A stretch of DNA of 64,000 bases, from positions 1,792,001 to 1,856,000 of the forward strand of contig CAXXLZ010000002.1 in assembly GCA_963675595.2 (NCBI GenBank), in the 5' to 3' direction. The notes beneath the pieces were generated by a model. It had not been told where the DNA came from, did not search any database, and saw only the letters and a program-made list of their open reading frames with translations. Positions 37,235 through 46,912 of this stretch are shown here, in pieces (the first letter of the stretch is position 1; each line of letters opens with the position of its first letter). Both the position numbers and the translations under genes were made by a program. Source of the DNA: Thermodesulfobacteriota bacterium. GTDB lineage: Bacteria > Desulfobacterota > Desulfarculia > JACQYL01.

Positions 37235-38134
37235 ATGCGACGACCGCTCGTTTTCATGCTCGCTCTCTTTGTCCTGTCGTCTTTCCACACGGCCTTGGCC
37301 GCACCGGTCCGGGTCTTCGTGAGCATTCCCCCGCAGAAGTACTTTGTGGAGAAGATCGCCGGTCCTTTGGTGGACGTGGCCGTGATGGCGCCTCCGGGAG
37401 CCAACCCTCACGCCTATGAACCCAGGCCTCGGCAGATGTCGGAACTCTCCCACGCCCGCGCGTTCCTCGCGGTGGGCGTGCCTTTCGAGCACACCTGGCT
37501 GCCGCGTTTCGCGGCGCTGAACAAGAACCTGCTTATCGTGCACACCGACCGAGGCATCCGGAAACGAGAGATGAGCGCCCACTCCCACGGTTCCGAGGAC
37601 GAACCGCACCACGGCTCCCACGAAGAAGAGGACCATAAACACGGAACGGACCCCCACATCTGGGTGTCGCCACCCCTGGCGCTTCTTCAGGCCCGCAACA
37701 TCCTCGCCGCCCTGGTGGAAATTCTCCCCGGAGAGCGCCAAACCCTGTACGAGAATTACGGACGCTTCATCGGAGAAATTGCGGAACTGGACACGGAGAT
37801 CATGAACCTGTTCCCACCGGGCAAGGCATCGCGTCCGAGTTTTCTGGTGTTCCACCCCGCTTGGGGCTATTTCGCCGAGGCCTATGGTCTGGAAGAAACC
37901 GCCGTCGAAGTGGAGGGCAAGGAACCCAAACCCGCGGAGTTGATAAAGCTGATCGAAAAAGCCCGTGAGATGGGGGTCAAGGCGATTTTTGTTCAACCGC
38001 AGATGTCCACGCGAACGGCGGAGACCATCGCCGATGCCGTCGGAGCCGTCGTGACCGTCGCGGACCCGCTTGCGGAACAGTGGGCGTCGAATTTAAGGAC
38101 CGTGGCCCGAAAGATCGCGGGGCGACCGGAATAA
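37235..38134 (+). CDS. znuA: Zinc ABC transporter substrate-binding protein
   Basis: Signal peptide, PHAYEP, His/Glu-rich loop, DPHIWVSP, VFHPAWGYFA and EGKEP. Confidence 0.9.
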   Translation: MRRPLVFMLALFVLSSFHTALAAPVRVFVSIPPQKYFVEKIAGPLVDVAVMAPPGANPHAYEPRPRQMSELSHARAFLAVGVPFEHTWLPRFAALNKNLLIVHTDRGIRKREMSAHSHGSEDEPHHGSHEEEDHKHGTDPHIWVSPPLALLQARNILAALVEILPGERQTLYENYGRFIGEIAELDTEIMNLFPPGKASRPSFLVFHPAWGYFAEAYGLEETAVEVEGKEPKPAELIKLIEKAREMGVKAIFVQPQMSTRTAETIADAVGAVVTVADPLAEQWASNLRTVARKIAGRPE

Positions 38135-38403
38135 CGTCGATGCGGTTCCGTTCTTGATACGAGTTCCGGGCGAATCCCGGGGTCCTTTCAGCCTCTTTCT
38201 CAGGTATTCAAGGGGAAAGACTTCCGGAAAATGATCACCTGCGGGTGGAGCCGTTCTCAGGCGGCCTCACCGCCTTGGGCGGAGGGGCCTATGGAGAAAT
38301 AAACTTCCTTACTTAAAACCAACGTTCCGCCCATTCCTTGAATCGGCCGAGGAATGCCATAGTCCGGCTTCGTCGCGGGCCGGCCGGACGGAAGTATGCG
38401 CGT

Positions 38404-39303
38404 TCACCCGCTGAAGACCGACGTGAGCGCCTCCCGCAATTCCGGATAATCGAAATGAAAGCCCTGATCCTCGAGTCTTCGAGGCGTCACCCGCTGCCCT
38501 TTAAGCACCACGGAGCCGAATTCCCCCATGACCAACCGGACCATAAAACCGGGAACGGGCACAATGGCGGGACGGTGCAATACGGCTCCCAAGGTCTTGG
38601 TAAACTCACCATTGGTGACCGGGTTGGGCGCACAAAGATTGAAGGGCCCCTCCAGTTCGGCATGCGCCGTCAGAAAACCCAAGGCTCGAACCAGATCCTC
38701 CATGTGAATCCAGGAGAACCACTGTCGACCGTTTCCCAGCGGTCCTCCCAGCCCGGCCTTGAATAAGGGCGCCATCATTTTCAGAGCCCCGCCCGACTTA
38801 CCCAACACGATGCCGAACCGGGTCACCACCACACGAATTCCTCGATTTCTTGCCTGAATCGCTTCACTTTCCCAGTCCAGGCAAAGTCGGGCAAGGAAAT
38901 CTCCTCCGGGCTCATCGGCCTCCGAAAGAGCCTCGTCCCCATGAAAGCCGTAATAGCCGACCGCGGATGCATTGCACAGGACACGACCCGCTTCCTCCCT
39001 CATGGCCTTCACGATGTTCCGTGTGGTCAAGATGCGGCTGTCGCGCATCAGTTTTCGGGTTCGGTCGTTCCAACGTTGAAAGATGGACGCTCCGGCCAAG
39101 TTGATCACCGCCTCCGCTTGGCGGATTTCCGTCTGCCAGGAACCGGGCAGCGTGGTATCGCCGGATACGTAGGTCACCTCGTCGGGCAGGTTCCCACGAT
39201 CGGCGGATCGGCTGACGGCGACCACCGAATGCCCTTCCCGAACATATTTGATGCAAAGTTGCGTCCCAATGACTCCTCGTCCCCCCACAACGGCGACCTT
39301 CAT
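38404..39303 (-). CDS. TIGR01777 family NAD-dependent oxidoreductase (YfcH-like)
   Basis: GGRGVIG, VINLAGA, SAVGYYG, RFGIVL and QWFSWIH. Confidence 0.92.
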   Translation of the reverse strand: MKVAVVGGRGVIGTQLCIKYVREGHSVVAVSRSADRGNLPDEVTYVSGDTTLPGSWQTEIRQAEAVINLAGASIFQRWNDRTRKLMRDSRILTTRNIVKAMREEAGRVLCNASAVGYYGFHGDEALSEADEPGGDFLARLCLDWESEAIQARNRGIRVVVTRFGIVLGKSGGALKMMAPLFKAGLGGPLGNGRQWFSWIHMEDLVRALGFLTAHAELEGPFNLCAPNPVTNGEFTKTLGAVLHRPAIVPVPGFMVRLVMGEFGSVVLKGQRVTPRRLEDQGFHFDYPELREALTSVFSG

Positions 39304-39430
39304 GGTTTCCTCCCCGAATTATCGGACCATATGGGTTGTCGGCAGGCGACCCGGGTGTCCAGGCCGGTGTGCGGATCACCGCCGACCGATTCCATGGGAC
39401 CGGAACAGCGGAGAATCCGGTGATCGAACG

Positions 39431-39982
39431 TCAGCGTCCATCTCTTGCCGTCGGACGAAACCGATCCTGTTCACTGTAAATGCAGCCGCAGTACTCCTGC
39501 CGGTACAGGCCCAACTCCTTGGAAGCCTCAATGCCCTCTTTCCAACCCCGGCGGAAGTCTTCGTAATGGAAAGCCACTCCCCACTTCTTTCCGAGGCTCT
39601 CCCCAATTTCGGCGATGAGATCATGCTTCTGGCGTTTGCTGTAAAGCAGGCTGCTGGTAAAGGCATCGAACCCGCTCTTGGAAGCGGTTCGTGCGGCCGC
39701 CTCCAAGCGTCGATGGTAGCAATGCGCGCAACGACGGTTTTCTCGAAATACGACTCGCCGTAGAAATTCATCCAGATCATACTCGTCCCGCACGATCAGT
39801 TCCAGCCGTGTCGCTTGAGCCATCATGCGAGCCGTGTCCATCCTCCGTTCATATTCCCTTACCGGATGCACATTCGGATTGTAATAGAATCCGAACACGC
39901 GTTCATAACTCTCCCGGAGCCGTGCAAGAGGATATAGGGCGCACGGCCCGCAACACATATGCATCAAAACGCTCGAACTCAT
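39431..39982 (-). CDS. queH: Epoxyqueuosine reductase QueH
   Basis: HMCCGPC, YNPNVHP, RCAHC and YRQEYCGCIYS. Confidence 0.92.
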   Translation of the reverse strand: MSSSVLMHMCCGPCALYPLARLRESYERVFGFYYNPNVHPVREYERRMDTARMMAQATRLELIVRDEYDLDEFLRRVVFRENRRCAHCYHRRLEAAARTASKSGFDAFTSSLLYSKRQKHDLIAEIGESLGKKWGVAFHYEDFRRGWKEGIEASKELGLYRQEYCGCIYSEQDRFRPTARDGR

Positions 39983-40134
39983 TCCATCTTCCCCGCCAAG
40001 GAGCCGGCCGACAGGGTCCGAGTCCGTCCTCGGCCGCCCAAACTACTTGACTCAAAAGGATAAATTATAGTACGAGATAAAATAGTTACCGACAATTCTT
40101 CACTATGTGACGCATCCTGCTATCGGTGGAATCC

Positions 40135-40455
40135 ATGGGCAACATTATATCGAATTTCCTATTCGCCGTCGCCAAAGTCATCGACACGGTACTCTATTTG
40201 TACATGATTATCGTTATCGCACGAGCCGTTATTTCATGGGTCAGCCCGGACCCGTACAATCCCATCGTTCGTTTTTTATACGCAGCCACCGAGCCGGTGT
40301 TGTCGAGAATTCGAAGGTGGCTCCCCTTCAACTTGGGCATGATCGACGTTTCTCCCATTATCGTTTTTTTGATTATCATCTTTCTGCAGAATTTCCTCGT
40401 ATCTTCTCTCATGGAGTTGGCTTTGCAGATAGGGGGCGGTAGGCCCATCCCTTGA
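40135..40455 (+). CDS. yggT: YggT family membrane protein
   Basis: ISWVSPDPYNPIV...TEPVL...IDVSPI. Confidence 0.92.
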   Translation: MGNIISNFLFAVAKVIDTVLYLYMIIVIARAVISWVSPDPYNPIVRFLYAATEPVLSRIRRWLPFNLGMIDVSPIIVFLIIIFLQNFLVSSLMELALQIGGGRPIP

Positions 40456-40474
40456 GCAGAGGAGAATGGTATCC

Positions 40475-40978
40475 ATGCACGACTTCACTACTGAAGAAAT
40501 CCGCGGGCATAAGTTCAAGACTCGGTTCCGAGGGTACGACACGAAGATCGTACAAGAGTACCTGGACGAACTCGCCGACGAACTCGATCGAATCGCAGCC
40601 GAAAATCAAACGCTCCGAAACCAGGTTATGGAGAAGACCCGAAACCTGGAACAGGCGTTGGATCAGAACCGAAAGTTGACGGACAGCCTGGGGGCGGTCC
40701 GGGACAGCTCCCTCGCCATTGAGGAACGGGCCCAGAAGCAGGCCGACCTGATTATTTCCAAAGCGGAGCTGACCGCGGAGAAGATACTGAACAACGCTCA
40801 CCAACGTGTAGCGCAACTTCACGAAGATCTGGCGGAACTCAAACGCCAGCGCACTCATTTCGAAGTGAAGCTCAGGTCATTTATCGAGGCGCAATTGAAA
40901 TTCCTCGATATGGAAAAGGAGAATCATCAGGCCACCGACGAATTGGACGCCAAGGTCCGCTTTATCAGCAAGACATGA
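40475..40978 (+). CDS. divIVA: DivIVA domain protein
   Basis: EEIRGHKFKTRFRGYD...V..YL followed by coiled coil. AGGAG RBS spacing favours ATG 40475. Confidence 0.9.
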   Translation: MHDFTTEEIRGHKFKTRFRGYDTKIVQEYLDELADELDRIAAENQTLRNQVMEKTRNLEQALDQNRKLTDSLGAVRDSSLAIEERAQKQADLIISKAELTAEKILNNAHQRVAQLHEDLAELKRQRTHFEVKLRSFIEAQLKFLDMEKENHQATDELDAKVRFISKT

Positions 40979-41030
40979 GCCGAGCCTCATGTCAATCCGT
41001 TGAGGTCGTTTCACGACTTTTTCCGAGACT

Positions 41031-41210
41031 ATGACCACGAAAAGAGTCCGCATGGAAGATATCAAGAGTTTGGAGTCCCTGCAGCAGGTCGTGTTGGCGC
41101 AGGTTCATCTCCTGGAAGCGGTGTTGTCGCTGCTGGAAGAGAAAGGTGTCGTCACTTTGGATGAAGTGACCCGACGGGTCGAAGAACTCAAAAAGAGACC
41201 CAAGTCCTAA
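41031..41210 (+). CDS. Small 59-aa hypothetical helical protein (absent from the ORF track)
   Basis: Hand translation: MTTKRVRMEDIKSLESLQQVVLAQVHLLEAVLSLLEEKGVVTLDEVTRRVEELKKRPKS*. Amphipathic helix pattern, co-oriented between divIVA and yggU. Confidence 0.7.
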   Translation: MTTKRVRMEDIKSLESLQQVVLAQVHLLEAVLSLLEEKGVVTLDEVTRRVEELKKRPKS

Positions 41211-41361
41211 GCACTCGTCCGAGACGTCGTACACGCAGAAACGAGAGCGGTACCCCACGGGAAAGAACCGTTCGCTCTCGTGGACGTATCTCTTTTGTGT
41301 CCATGGTCGCAACAGGCCCGCACGGACTTCTTAACCGCCTTCACTCGTTCAAGATTGCGCC

Positions 41362-41667
41362 TTGGAAACTCCCCTCTCAACTTGCCTATCCGAGTCCCCG
41401 CGTGGAACCCTGATCCGGGTCGTGGTTCAGCCCAGGAGTTCCAAGAACCTCGTGGACGGAGTCTTGGGTGACCGACTCAAGATTCGCCTGACCGCACCTC
41501 CGGTGGAAGGCGAGGCCAACCAGGCCCTAATCGCTTATCTGGCCAAGGCTCTTGGAATCCCGAAGAACGAAGTGATATTGGCTCAGGGAGGAAAATCGAG
41601 AAAAAAGGTCGTCGCGGTTTCCCTTTCCCTGACGGAAACTCAGGCCAAGTTAAGGGCGTTGCTCTAG
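41362..41667 (+). CDS. yggU: DUF167 / YggU family protein
   Basis: VVQPRSS...LKIRLTAPPVEGEAN...G.KSRKK. Confidence 0.9.
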   Translation: METPLSTCLSESPRGTLIRVVVQPRSSKNLVDGVLGDRLKIRLTAPPVEGEANQALIAYLAKALGIPKNEVILAQGGKSRKKVVAVSLSLTETQAKLRALL

Positions 41668-41785
41668 CCGACGGGAGAAAAACGCGCCCCGTCTCCTCCG
41701 CGCTTCCGCGTCCCCCGTCCACAACATCGTCATGCGCCGATGAACCGTCCCGCCGATACGGCCGGTCCCGGTTCAGTGCCTTGCG

Positions 41786-42577
41786 TCAATTTGTCTTCTT
41801 CAGTTTTTCCGCAACGTTCGGAGGCATCTGCTCCCGGTTGAGGAACAGCTCATAGGAGGCCCCGTCGGGCTCCTCACGGCCGTCCGATCCGTTTTCTTTC
41901 GGGGACCGAATCCCCGACGAGGCGTACCCCTGGGCGGATAGGATTCCTCTGACCCTATCGCTCAGCGTGGACTCCTCAATGCGAATAACGGCGGTCTTGC
42001 GCGTACCCTGGATCACATCTCTCAAGGCATAGGCAAACCCTTCGTCCTTTGGGTTCCTAAGCCTCACCCGATGCTTCGGTATATCCGGAAGCGACCACGA
42101 GGCGTCCTCTTCCGGCCCTTCGAGACGCATTTGACGGACGCCGCCCGATGCGATCACTTCCTGCATACGAGTTCTGGCCAGAGCGCGCTTCAGCAGAACG
42201 CAGACGTCGTTCTCCCCCACGCGTACGCTCAGAGCTCCGTCTTTTACGGAGAAGCCGAAGCCGGCGGCTCGACGAATGATCAAACCCGGATTGATGGCCA
42301 GGTTCAGACTCAAATTGACTTTCCGAATCTGCTCTTCAATGAGGGGCCCGACCTTGTCCTGGGCCACCTCGATCTTCACGCGTTTCACCTCGGACGGATC
42401 CGCGTACTTGCGCCTGAGGTAGTCGATCATGGTCACGATGGCGTCCAGGCAGATTTTGCTAACCAACTCGTCGGCGGCGAGCAAACTCGAATCCGAAAGC
42501 CGCTCTCCTTCCAATCGATCTTCCAACCGCAGGGAAACCGGCGAGGGGCCCGGGCCGGTGGAATCAGCCGCTGCCAT
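41786..42577 (-). CDS. Hypothetical protein, last gene of the gcdA operon
   Basis: 263-aa ORF with a GGAGG RBS, starting 18 bp after the lyase stop. No motif recognised. Confidence 0.65.
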   Translation of the reverse strand: MAAADSTGPGPSPVSLRLEDRLEGERLSDSSLLAADELVSKICLDAIVTMIDYLRRKYADPSEVKRVKIEVAQDKVGPLIEEQIRKVNLSLNLAINPGLIIRRAAGFGFSVKDGALSVRVGENDVCVLLKRALARTRMQEVIASGGVRQMRLEGPEEDASWSLPDIPKHRVRLRNPKDEGFAYALRDVIQGTRKTAVIRIEESTLSDRVRGILSAQGYASSGIRSPKENGSDGREEPDGASYELFLNREQMPPNVAEKLKKTN

Positions 42578-42595
42578 CCGATCCTCCAGATTCTC

Positions 42596-43891
42596 TCACA
42601 GAAGGTGTTCCAGAAACGGTGAAGGAGGAACCTCCGAAACAAGGGATTCCGCCCTCGATAGTCCCCAATGGCCCGACTGTAAGTAAATGGACAGGGAATG
42701 GAAAAGCATATCCAAGTTTTCTTTCAGCAAGGGTTCTTGAGATTCGCCCGGTTGGGTCAGACGAGAAGCCGCGCGATCCACCAGTTGTTTCACGGACACA
42801 TCCCCACTCCGCAGACCGATCAGATCATCCTTGGGTATCCCCGTGAACTCCTGGATGTTCTTCAATACCGTTTCCATGAGGGCCGGATGAATCCTCAGGT
42901 ATTCGTCCCGAAACAACCGACCGACGCCGAGGAGTCTTGCAATATCTATGCCCGTTTTTACGCCCATGGCTTCCAGCATGACCACCAGGTCTTCCGTCCC
43001 CACCAATCCGCTCAGCAAGTGCTCTTTGTGGTAATACTGACCGGTACCCCGGATGAGAACACCGTCGTGCATGTTGGCGGGTTGCCCCCCGATTCCGCTC
43101 AAAGTGGATTCGAAGCGACGAATTCCCGTCATGAGTGTCGCCATTACGTTGGCTAGACCCATGCCGCGACTGGTGTGAAAGTGCGCCAGATGGTACTTGG
43201 GATCGGCCCACTTGCCCATGTATTCAGGATCCAAAATCATGCTGAAGTACTCGTAGGATCTTTGCGGATCGGCCGAGCCGTCATGATCCGCCTGCTCGAT
43301 ATAAGCCGCGCCCATGTCCAGGTAGATTTTCGAAAACTCAACCCCTTTCTTCAGGTCCGTCACGCGACTGCCCTGCATGGGACTACCCCAGATGGTGCTC
43401 ACCGTCCCGCACATGCCCACGTTTTGTTCCGCAGCCATGCGGATGCATCGTTCCGTCATCTTCCAGTAGTCGTCCAGCTCCATGCCGGAATTGGTCTTGT
43501 GGTGAACAGGATCGGTGGAGACCATCTGCAGCAGATAGTCCGGTCCGAAACCCCGCTTGGTTTTATACTCCAGCGCCCGGTTCACCGCCCGTTCGTTGAT
43601 GGTCACCACGGTAACCCAAACGTTCCCGCCGTTGGCTCTGAGTTTGGAGCCCACCCGCTCGCTGTTGAAGAGCCGGTCCAGCAGCTCCTCGGCGTCCTTG
43701 AACTGGGGCAGGTATTTAGGATGCCCGAAATTGGTGACCTCAATATGTTCCAGTCCCGCCAGCACAAGCTCTTCCGCCAGTCGCACCTTGTCTTCGACGG
43801 GAAAATAATGTTCCAGGGCCTGTAGCCCGTCACGAACCGTAATGTCCCCCACTTCCACCGAGGTGGGTAATGAAAGTCGCTTTTCGGCCAT
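42596..43891 (-). CDS. HMG-CoA lyase-like (DRE-TIM metallolyase / pyruvate carboxyltransferase family)
   Basis: DITVRDGLQ, HPKYLPQF, AHFHTSRGMGLAN, GIGG and TEDLV. Confidence 0.85.
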   Translation of the reverse strand: MAEKRLSLPTSVEVGDITVRDGLQALEHYFPVEDKVRLAEELVLAGLEHIEVTNFGHPKYLPQFKDAEELLDRLFNSERVGSKLRANGGNVWVTVVTINERAVNRALEYKTKRGFGPDYLLQMVSTDPVHHKTNSGMELDDYWKMTERCIRMAAEQNVGMCGTVSTIWGSPMQGSRVTDLKKGVEFSKIYLDMGAAYIEQADHDGSADPQRSYEYFSMILDPEYMGKWADPKYHLAHFHTSRGMGLANVMATLMTGIRRFESTLSGIGGQPANMHDGVLIRGTGQYYHKEHLLSGLVGTEDLVVMLEAMGVKTGIDIARLLGVGRLFRDEYLRIHPALMETVLKNIQEFTGIPKDDLIGLRSGDVSVKQLVDRAASRLTQPGESQEPLLKENLDMLFHSLSIYLQSGHWGLSRAESLVSEVPPSPFLEHLL

Positions 43892-43934
43892 GAGATCGCC
43901 TCCTTCCTGTTCAACGGTCCGCTCGTTCCGCGGC

Positions 43935-45668
43935 TCAGCCTCGAATGGTTCTGGGTAACAGCATCTGGTGATGCGGACAAATGCTCTTGGGCGTTTGATA
44001 TGCAGCTCGAACGAAACTTACGGCATATTCACGCAAGGAGGAAAACGAAACGATTTCGTCCACGAATCCACGCTGCGCACAATAAGCCGGTCGAGACTGC
44101 TCGTAATATTGTCTGGCCAAGGCGTTCATCTTGTCGATGACCGGCCCTATGTCTTTGCCTCCGTCCTTCTCTTTCACGAGTCGCCTAGCGAACGCGGCCA
44201 CAGAAGCGGTTTCTCCGTGCATTACGTAGATTTCCGTGGTCGGCACGCCGAGAGTAAAGGCATTGTTCCGTGTGGCCTGGGGGCCTCCCATGATGTAGTG
44301 AGCCGCGGCGGTTCCTTTCCTCAACACCACGCACATCATGGGAACCTGCGAAGATTCTATGGAATAGATGAGAGACTGGCCCAATCCAAGAAGCTCCGCT
44401 TTCTCCGCGATATCACCCACATCGATGCCGGAGGTATCCTGAAGCCAGATCATGGGTACCCGGTCCCGCCCGCAAAGGGTGACCAACTCGTTCATTTTGA
44501 TCAGGCCCCGACGATACAGCTTACCTCCGATTCCCGTGTAATCGGCATACTCGGGGTAATCCTTACCCAAGAAGCCCTGGCGGTTGGCAATCACGCCCAC
44601 AAGAAAGCCGTCCATCTTGGCCAAACCGCAATAGACTTCAGGACCGTAACCCGGACGATACTCGATGTGCTCGCTGTTGTCCAAGAAACGGCCCAGCACA
44701 TCTTCGATATTGTAGACCAGCTTCTGGTTCATGGGAACGATGTAGTCAATCTCATCGGGAGCATATTTCGGCGGTCTGGGCTCGTCCACCCGGAAGAAAT
44801 CCGGCTCATGACGAGGCATTCCGGACATGCACTTTTTCACCGCATCGAGAACGCCTTCCTCCGTATCGAACTTCTCCCTGAAAAAGCCGGTATGCTCGTA
44901 ATGGACTCCCACGCCTCCGGGGGGAGCCTGTTTGAAGGCGCGGGTAGCTTCGATGATCTGCTCGGCTCCCTCTACGTCGAAAGACCCTTTGGGACTCATT
45001 CCGCTCACGATGCCGCCGCCGCCCACCGCCATGTTGGCTTTCTCGTGAGCAAAAATGATTGCCGGACTGATGGCGTGATACCCACCTCCCGCAGGGTTGG
45101 TTCCGAACACGCCGCAAATCACCGGAATCCCTTTTTGGATCAATTCCGCATGGCGGAAGAAAGTGCGTCCGCCGGACCTGCGCCCCGCGTAGACTTCTTC
45201 CTGCTGAGTCAGCTTGACTCCCGAGCAGTTGAGAATCCAGACCAACGGAATGTTAAGACTTTCCGCAATGTCCTGAGCTCGAAAGATATTCTCCATCTGA
45301 CCCGGAATCCACGCACCCGCCAGGACTTTGTTGTCCGAAGCGATGATGGATGCGTATCGCCCGGAAATCCTGCCGATGCCGTTGATGACGCCCGTACTCC
45401 CTTCTTCATTGGACTCGGGATCGTAAATCGAGTTCAGAGGAAGCCAAGTTCCTGGATCCACCAGTTGCTCGATCCGGTCAAAACCGGTTTGTTCTCCACG
45501 CGATCGAACTTTTTCGGCGGGAATGCCCGCGCTCCTGACCTTCTCAATCACTTTCGCCACCAGGGCGTCCATCTCTCTCACCTGGGAGGCGTTGTCCTTC
45601 ATCTTATCTCGTTGTTTGTCTTTGAGGGGTTGACCAATGGGTGCCATGTTGCGGAAGTACTGTTTCAT
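43935..45668 (-). CDS. gcdA: Glutaconyl-CoA decarboxylase alpha subunit-like carboxyltransferase
   Basis: ASDNKVLAGAWIPGQ, GTNPAGGGY, QDTSGIDVG, KGTAAAHYIMGG, MHGETA and ICPHHQMLLPR. Confidence 0.9.
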   Translation of the reverse strand: MKQYFRNMAPIGQPLKDKQRDKMKDNASQVREMDALVAKVIEKVRSAGIPAEKVRSRGEQTGFDRIEQLVDPGTWLPLNSIYDPESNEEGSTGVINGIGRISGRYASIIASDNKVLAGAWIPGQMENIFRAQDIAESLNIPLVWILNCSGVKLTQQEEVYAGRRSGGRTFFRHAELIQKGIPVICGVFGTNPAGGGYHAISPAIIFAHEKANMAVGGGGIVSGMSPKGSFDVEGAEQIIEATRAFKQAPPGGVGVHYEHTGFFREKFDTEEGVLDAVKKCMSGMPRHEPDFFRVDEPRPPKYAPDEIDYIVPMNQKLVYNIEDVLGRFLDNSEHIEYRPGYGPEVYCGLAKMDGFLVGVIANRQGFLGKDYPEYADYTGIGGKLYRRGLIKMNELVTLCGRDRVPMIWLQDTSGIDVGDIAEKAELLGLGQSLIYSIESSQVPMMCVVLRKGTAAAHYIMGGPQATRNNAFTLGVPTTEIYVMHGETASVAAFARRLVKEKDGGKDIGPVIDKMNALARQYYEQSRPAYCAQRGFVDEIVSFSSLREYAVSFVRAAYQTPKSICPHHQMLLPRTIRG

Positions 45669-45671
45669 GAG

Positions 45672-46901
45672 TCAAACCTCCCTGAAGTCAGCTACGGTCT
45701 GTTCCAGTGTCGCCTCAATACCCACGATTAATCGGGAGTCTCTGTACAGGGCGGCATCCGCGTATGTTTCCGCCGCCACGAAGGCGTCCTCCTCGTAGTT
45801 CTCCGGATCCACCCCCGCAAAAAGACCCTCTAATGCCTTGATGGACTGAGGTGCCAAAGGCCTGCCGAGACGAGATAAGTCATCTCCGGCCTCTTTCAAG
45901 GACTTTCCCCACAAGCCGCTGTAATTCATAGGGTCGACGCGTCTTTCCACTTCTCTACGCACCGCCTCTTCGGGTCGCAGGAGTCTTCTCTGAAGTCCTT
46001 CCGCCTTTGGAACCGGGTTTTCGGGAACCGCGGCCTGCTCCAAGGCACGGCCCAGCAACTTTCTTCCCGTCTCATCATTGTTCCTTTCCAACGCCCGCAG
46101 ATATTCGGTTTTGTCCCTCATGGGATCATCGGTTCTCTTCATCCGCGGCAGCGGGTCCGATATCTCCACCAGCTCATCGTAAATCCCGATGTCCTTCAGA
46201 TCCGACGCCCCCACCACGGACGCCGTGGCCGCCATGGCCCGCGCATTCTGCATTCCGGCCTTGGCTATGACGCGCCCCACTCCCGACCAGCCGGGTATCA
46301 GCCCGATTTGGGTTTCGCTGAAGCACATGGCCGAACGCGAATCGCCTACCAGAACATCCGCCATGAGAGCAATCTCGGCCGAGCCTCCAAATCTCGTTCC
46401 ACCGCCGCAGACTCCGATAACTCGGAGCGAACCGGCCAGATCACGAATGATACGGTATAGAGCCAACCCTTTCTCCAAACGGCCGTCGGCCCATCCGTAC
46501 AATCGTTCGATCTCCTCCCTCTTCGCACCACAAGCCTCGAGCTCCGCTCTCTTCTGCTGAGTCTCTTTGAGCTTCGTCCGGCTTTCCTTCAAATCTCCTC
46601 CGGCATGCACCGGATCGTTCGAGCCGTACAAGATGAGGAATTCGATTTCTCTTCGTTTCTCGGACACCGCTTCAAGCGCGCTCAAGTAAGCGTCCAGCCC
46701 CGGGTTTCCCACCTGATGCACCGGTGGATTGCTATAACAGAGCAAGGCACCCCTTTTGCCGCGATATCGTATCAGCGCCCGGTATAGATAAGAGTCGCCG
46801 TATTCCCAGTAGCAGGCCGTATCCTCCAACTGAAGCCCTTCGAGCTGCCTGGAAGCGACCAACCGCATTGGACCGTTCATAGAGCACCACTCCGGTTTCA
46901 C
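45672..46901 (-). CDS. Enoyl-CoA hydratase/isomerase family protein
   Basis: SNPPVH, AGGDL, FGGSAEIALMAD and FSETQIGLIPGWSG. Confidence 0.82.
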   Translation of the reverse strand: MKPEWCSMNGPMRLVASRQLEGLQLEDTACYWEYGDSYLYRALIRYRGKRGALLCYSNPPVHQVGNPGLDAYLSALEAVSEKRREIEFLILYGSNDPVHAGGDLKESRTKLKETQQKRAELEACGAKREEIERLYGWADGRLEKGLALYRIIRDLAGSLRVIGVCGGGTRFGGSAEIALMADVLVGDSRSAMCFSETQIGLIPGWSGVGRVIAKAGMQNARAMAATASVVGASDLKDIGIYDELVEISDPLPRMKRTDDPMRDKTEYLRALERNNDETGRKLLGRALEQAAVPENPVPKAEGLQRRLLRPEEAVRREVERRVDPMNYSGLWGKSLKEAGDDLSRLGRPLAPQSIKALEGLFAGVDPENYEEDAFVAAETYADAALYRDSRLIVGIEATLEQTVADFREV

Positions 46902-46912
46902 GTTCAGGTTTT

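Noticed and set aside
40047-40083. Sigma70 promoter for yggT (TTGACT ... TATAGT)
   Set aside because: The spacing is 13 bp rather than about 17. The region is AT-rich, but the elements cannot be placed.
43968-45731. 587-aa plus-strand ORF
   Set aside because: It is the antisense mirror of gcdA.
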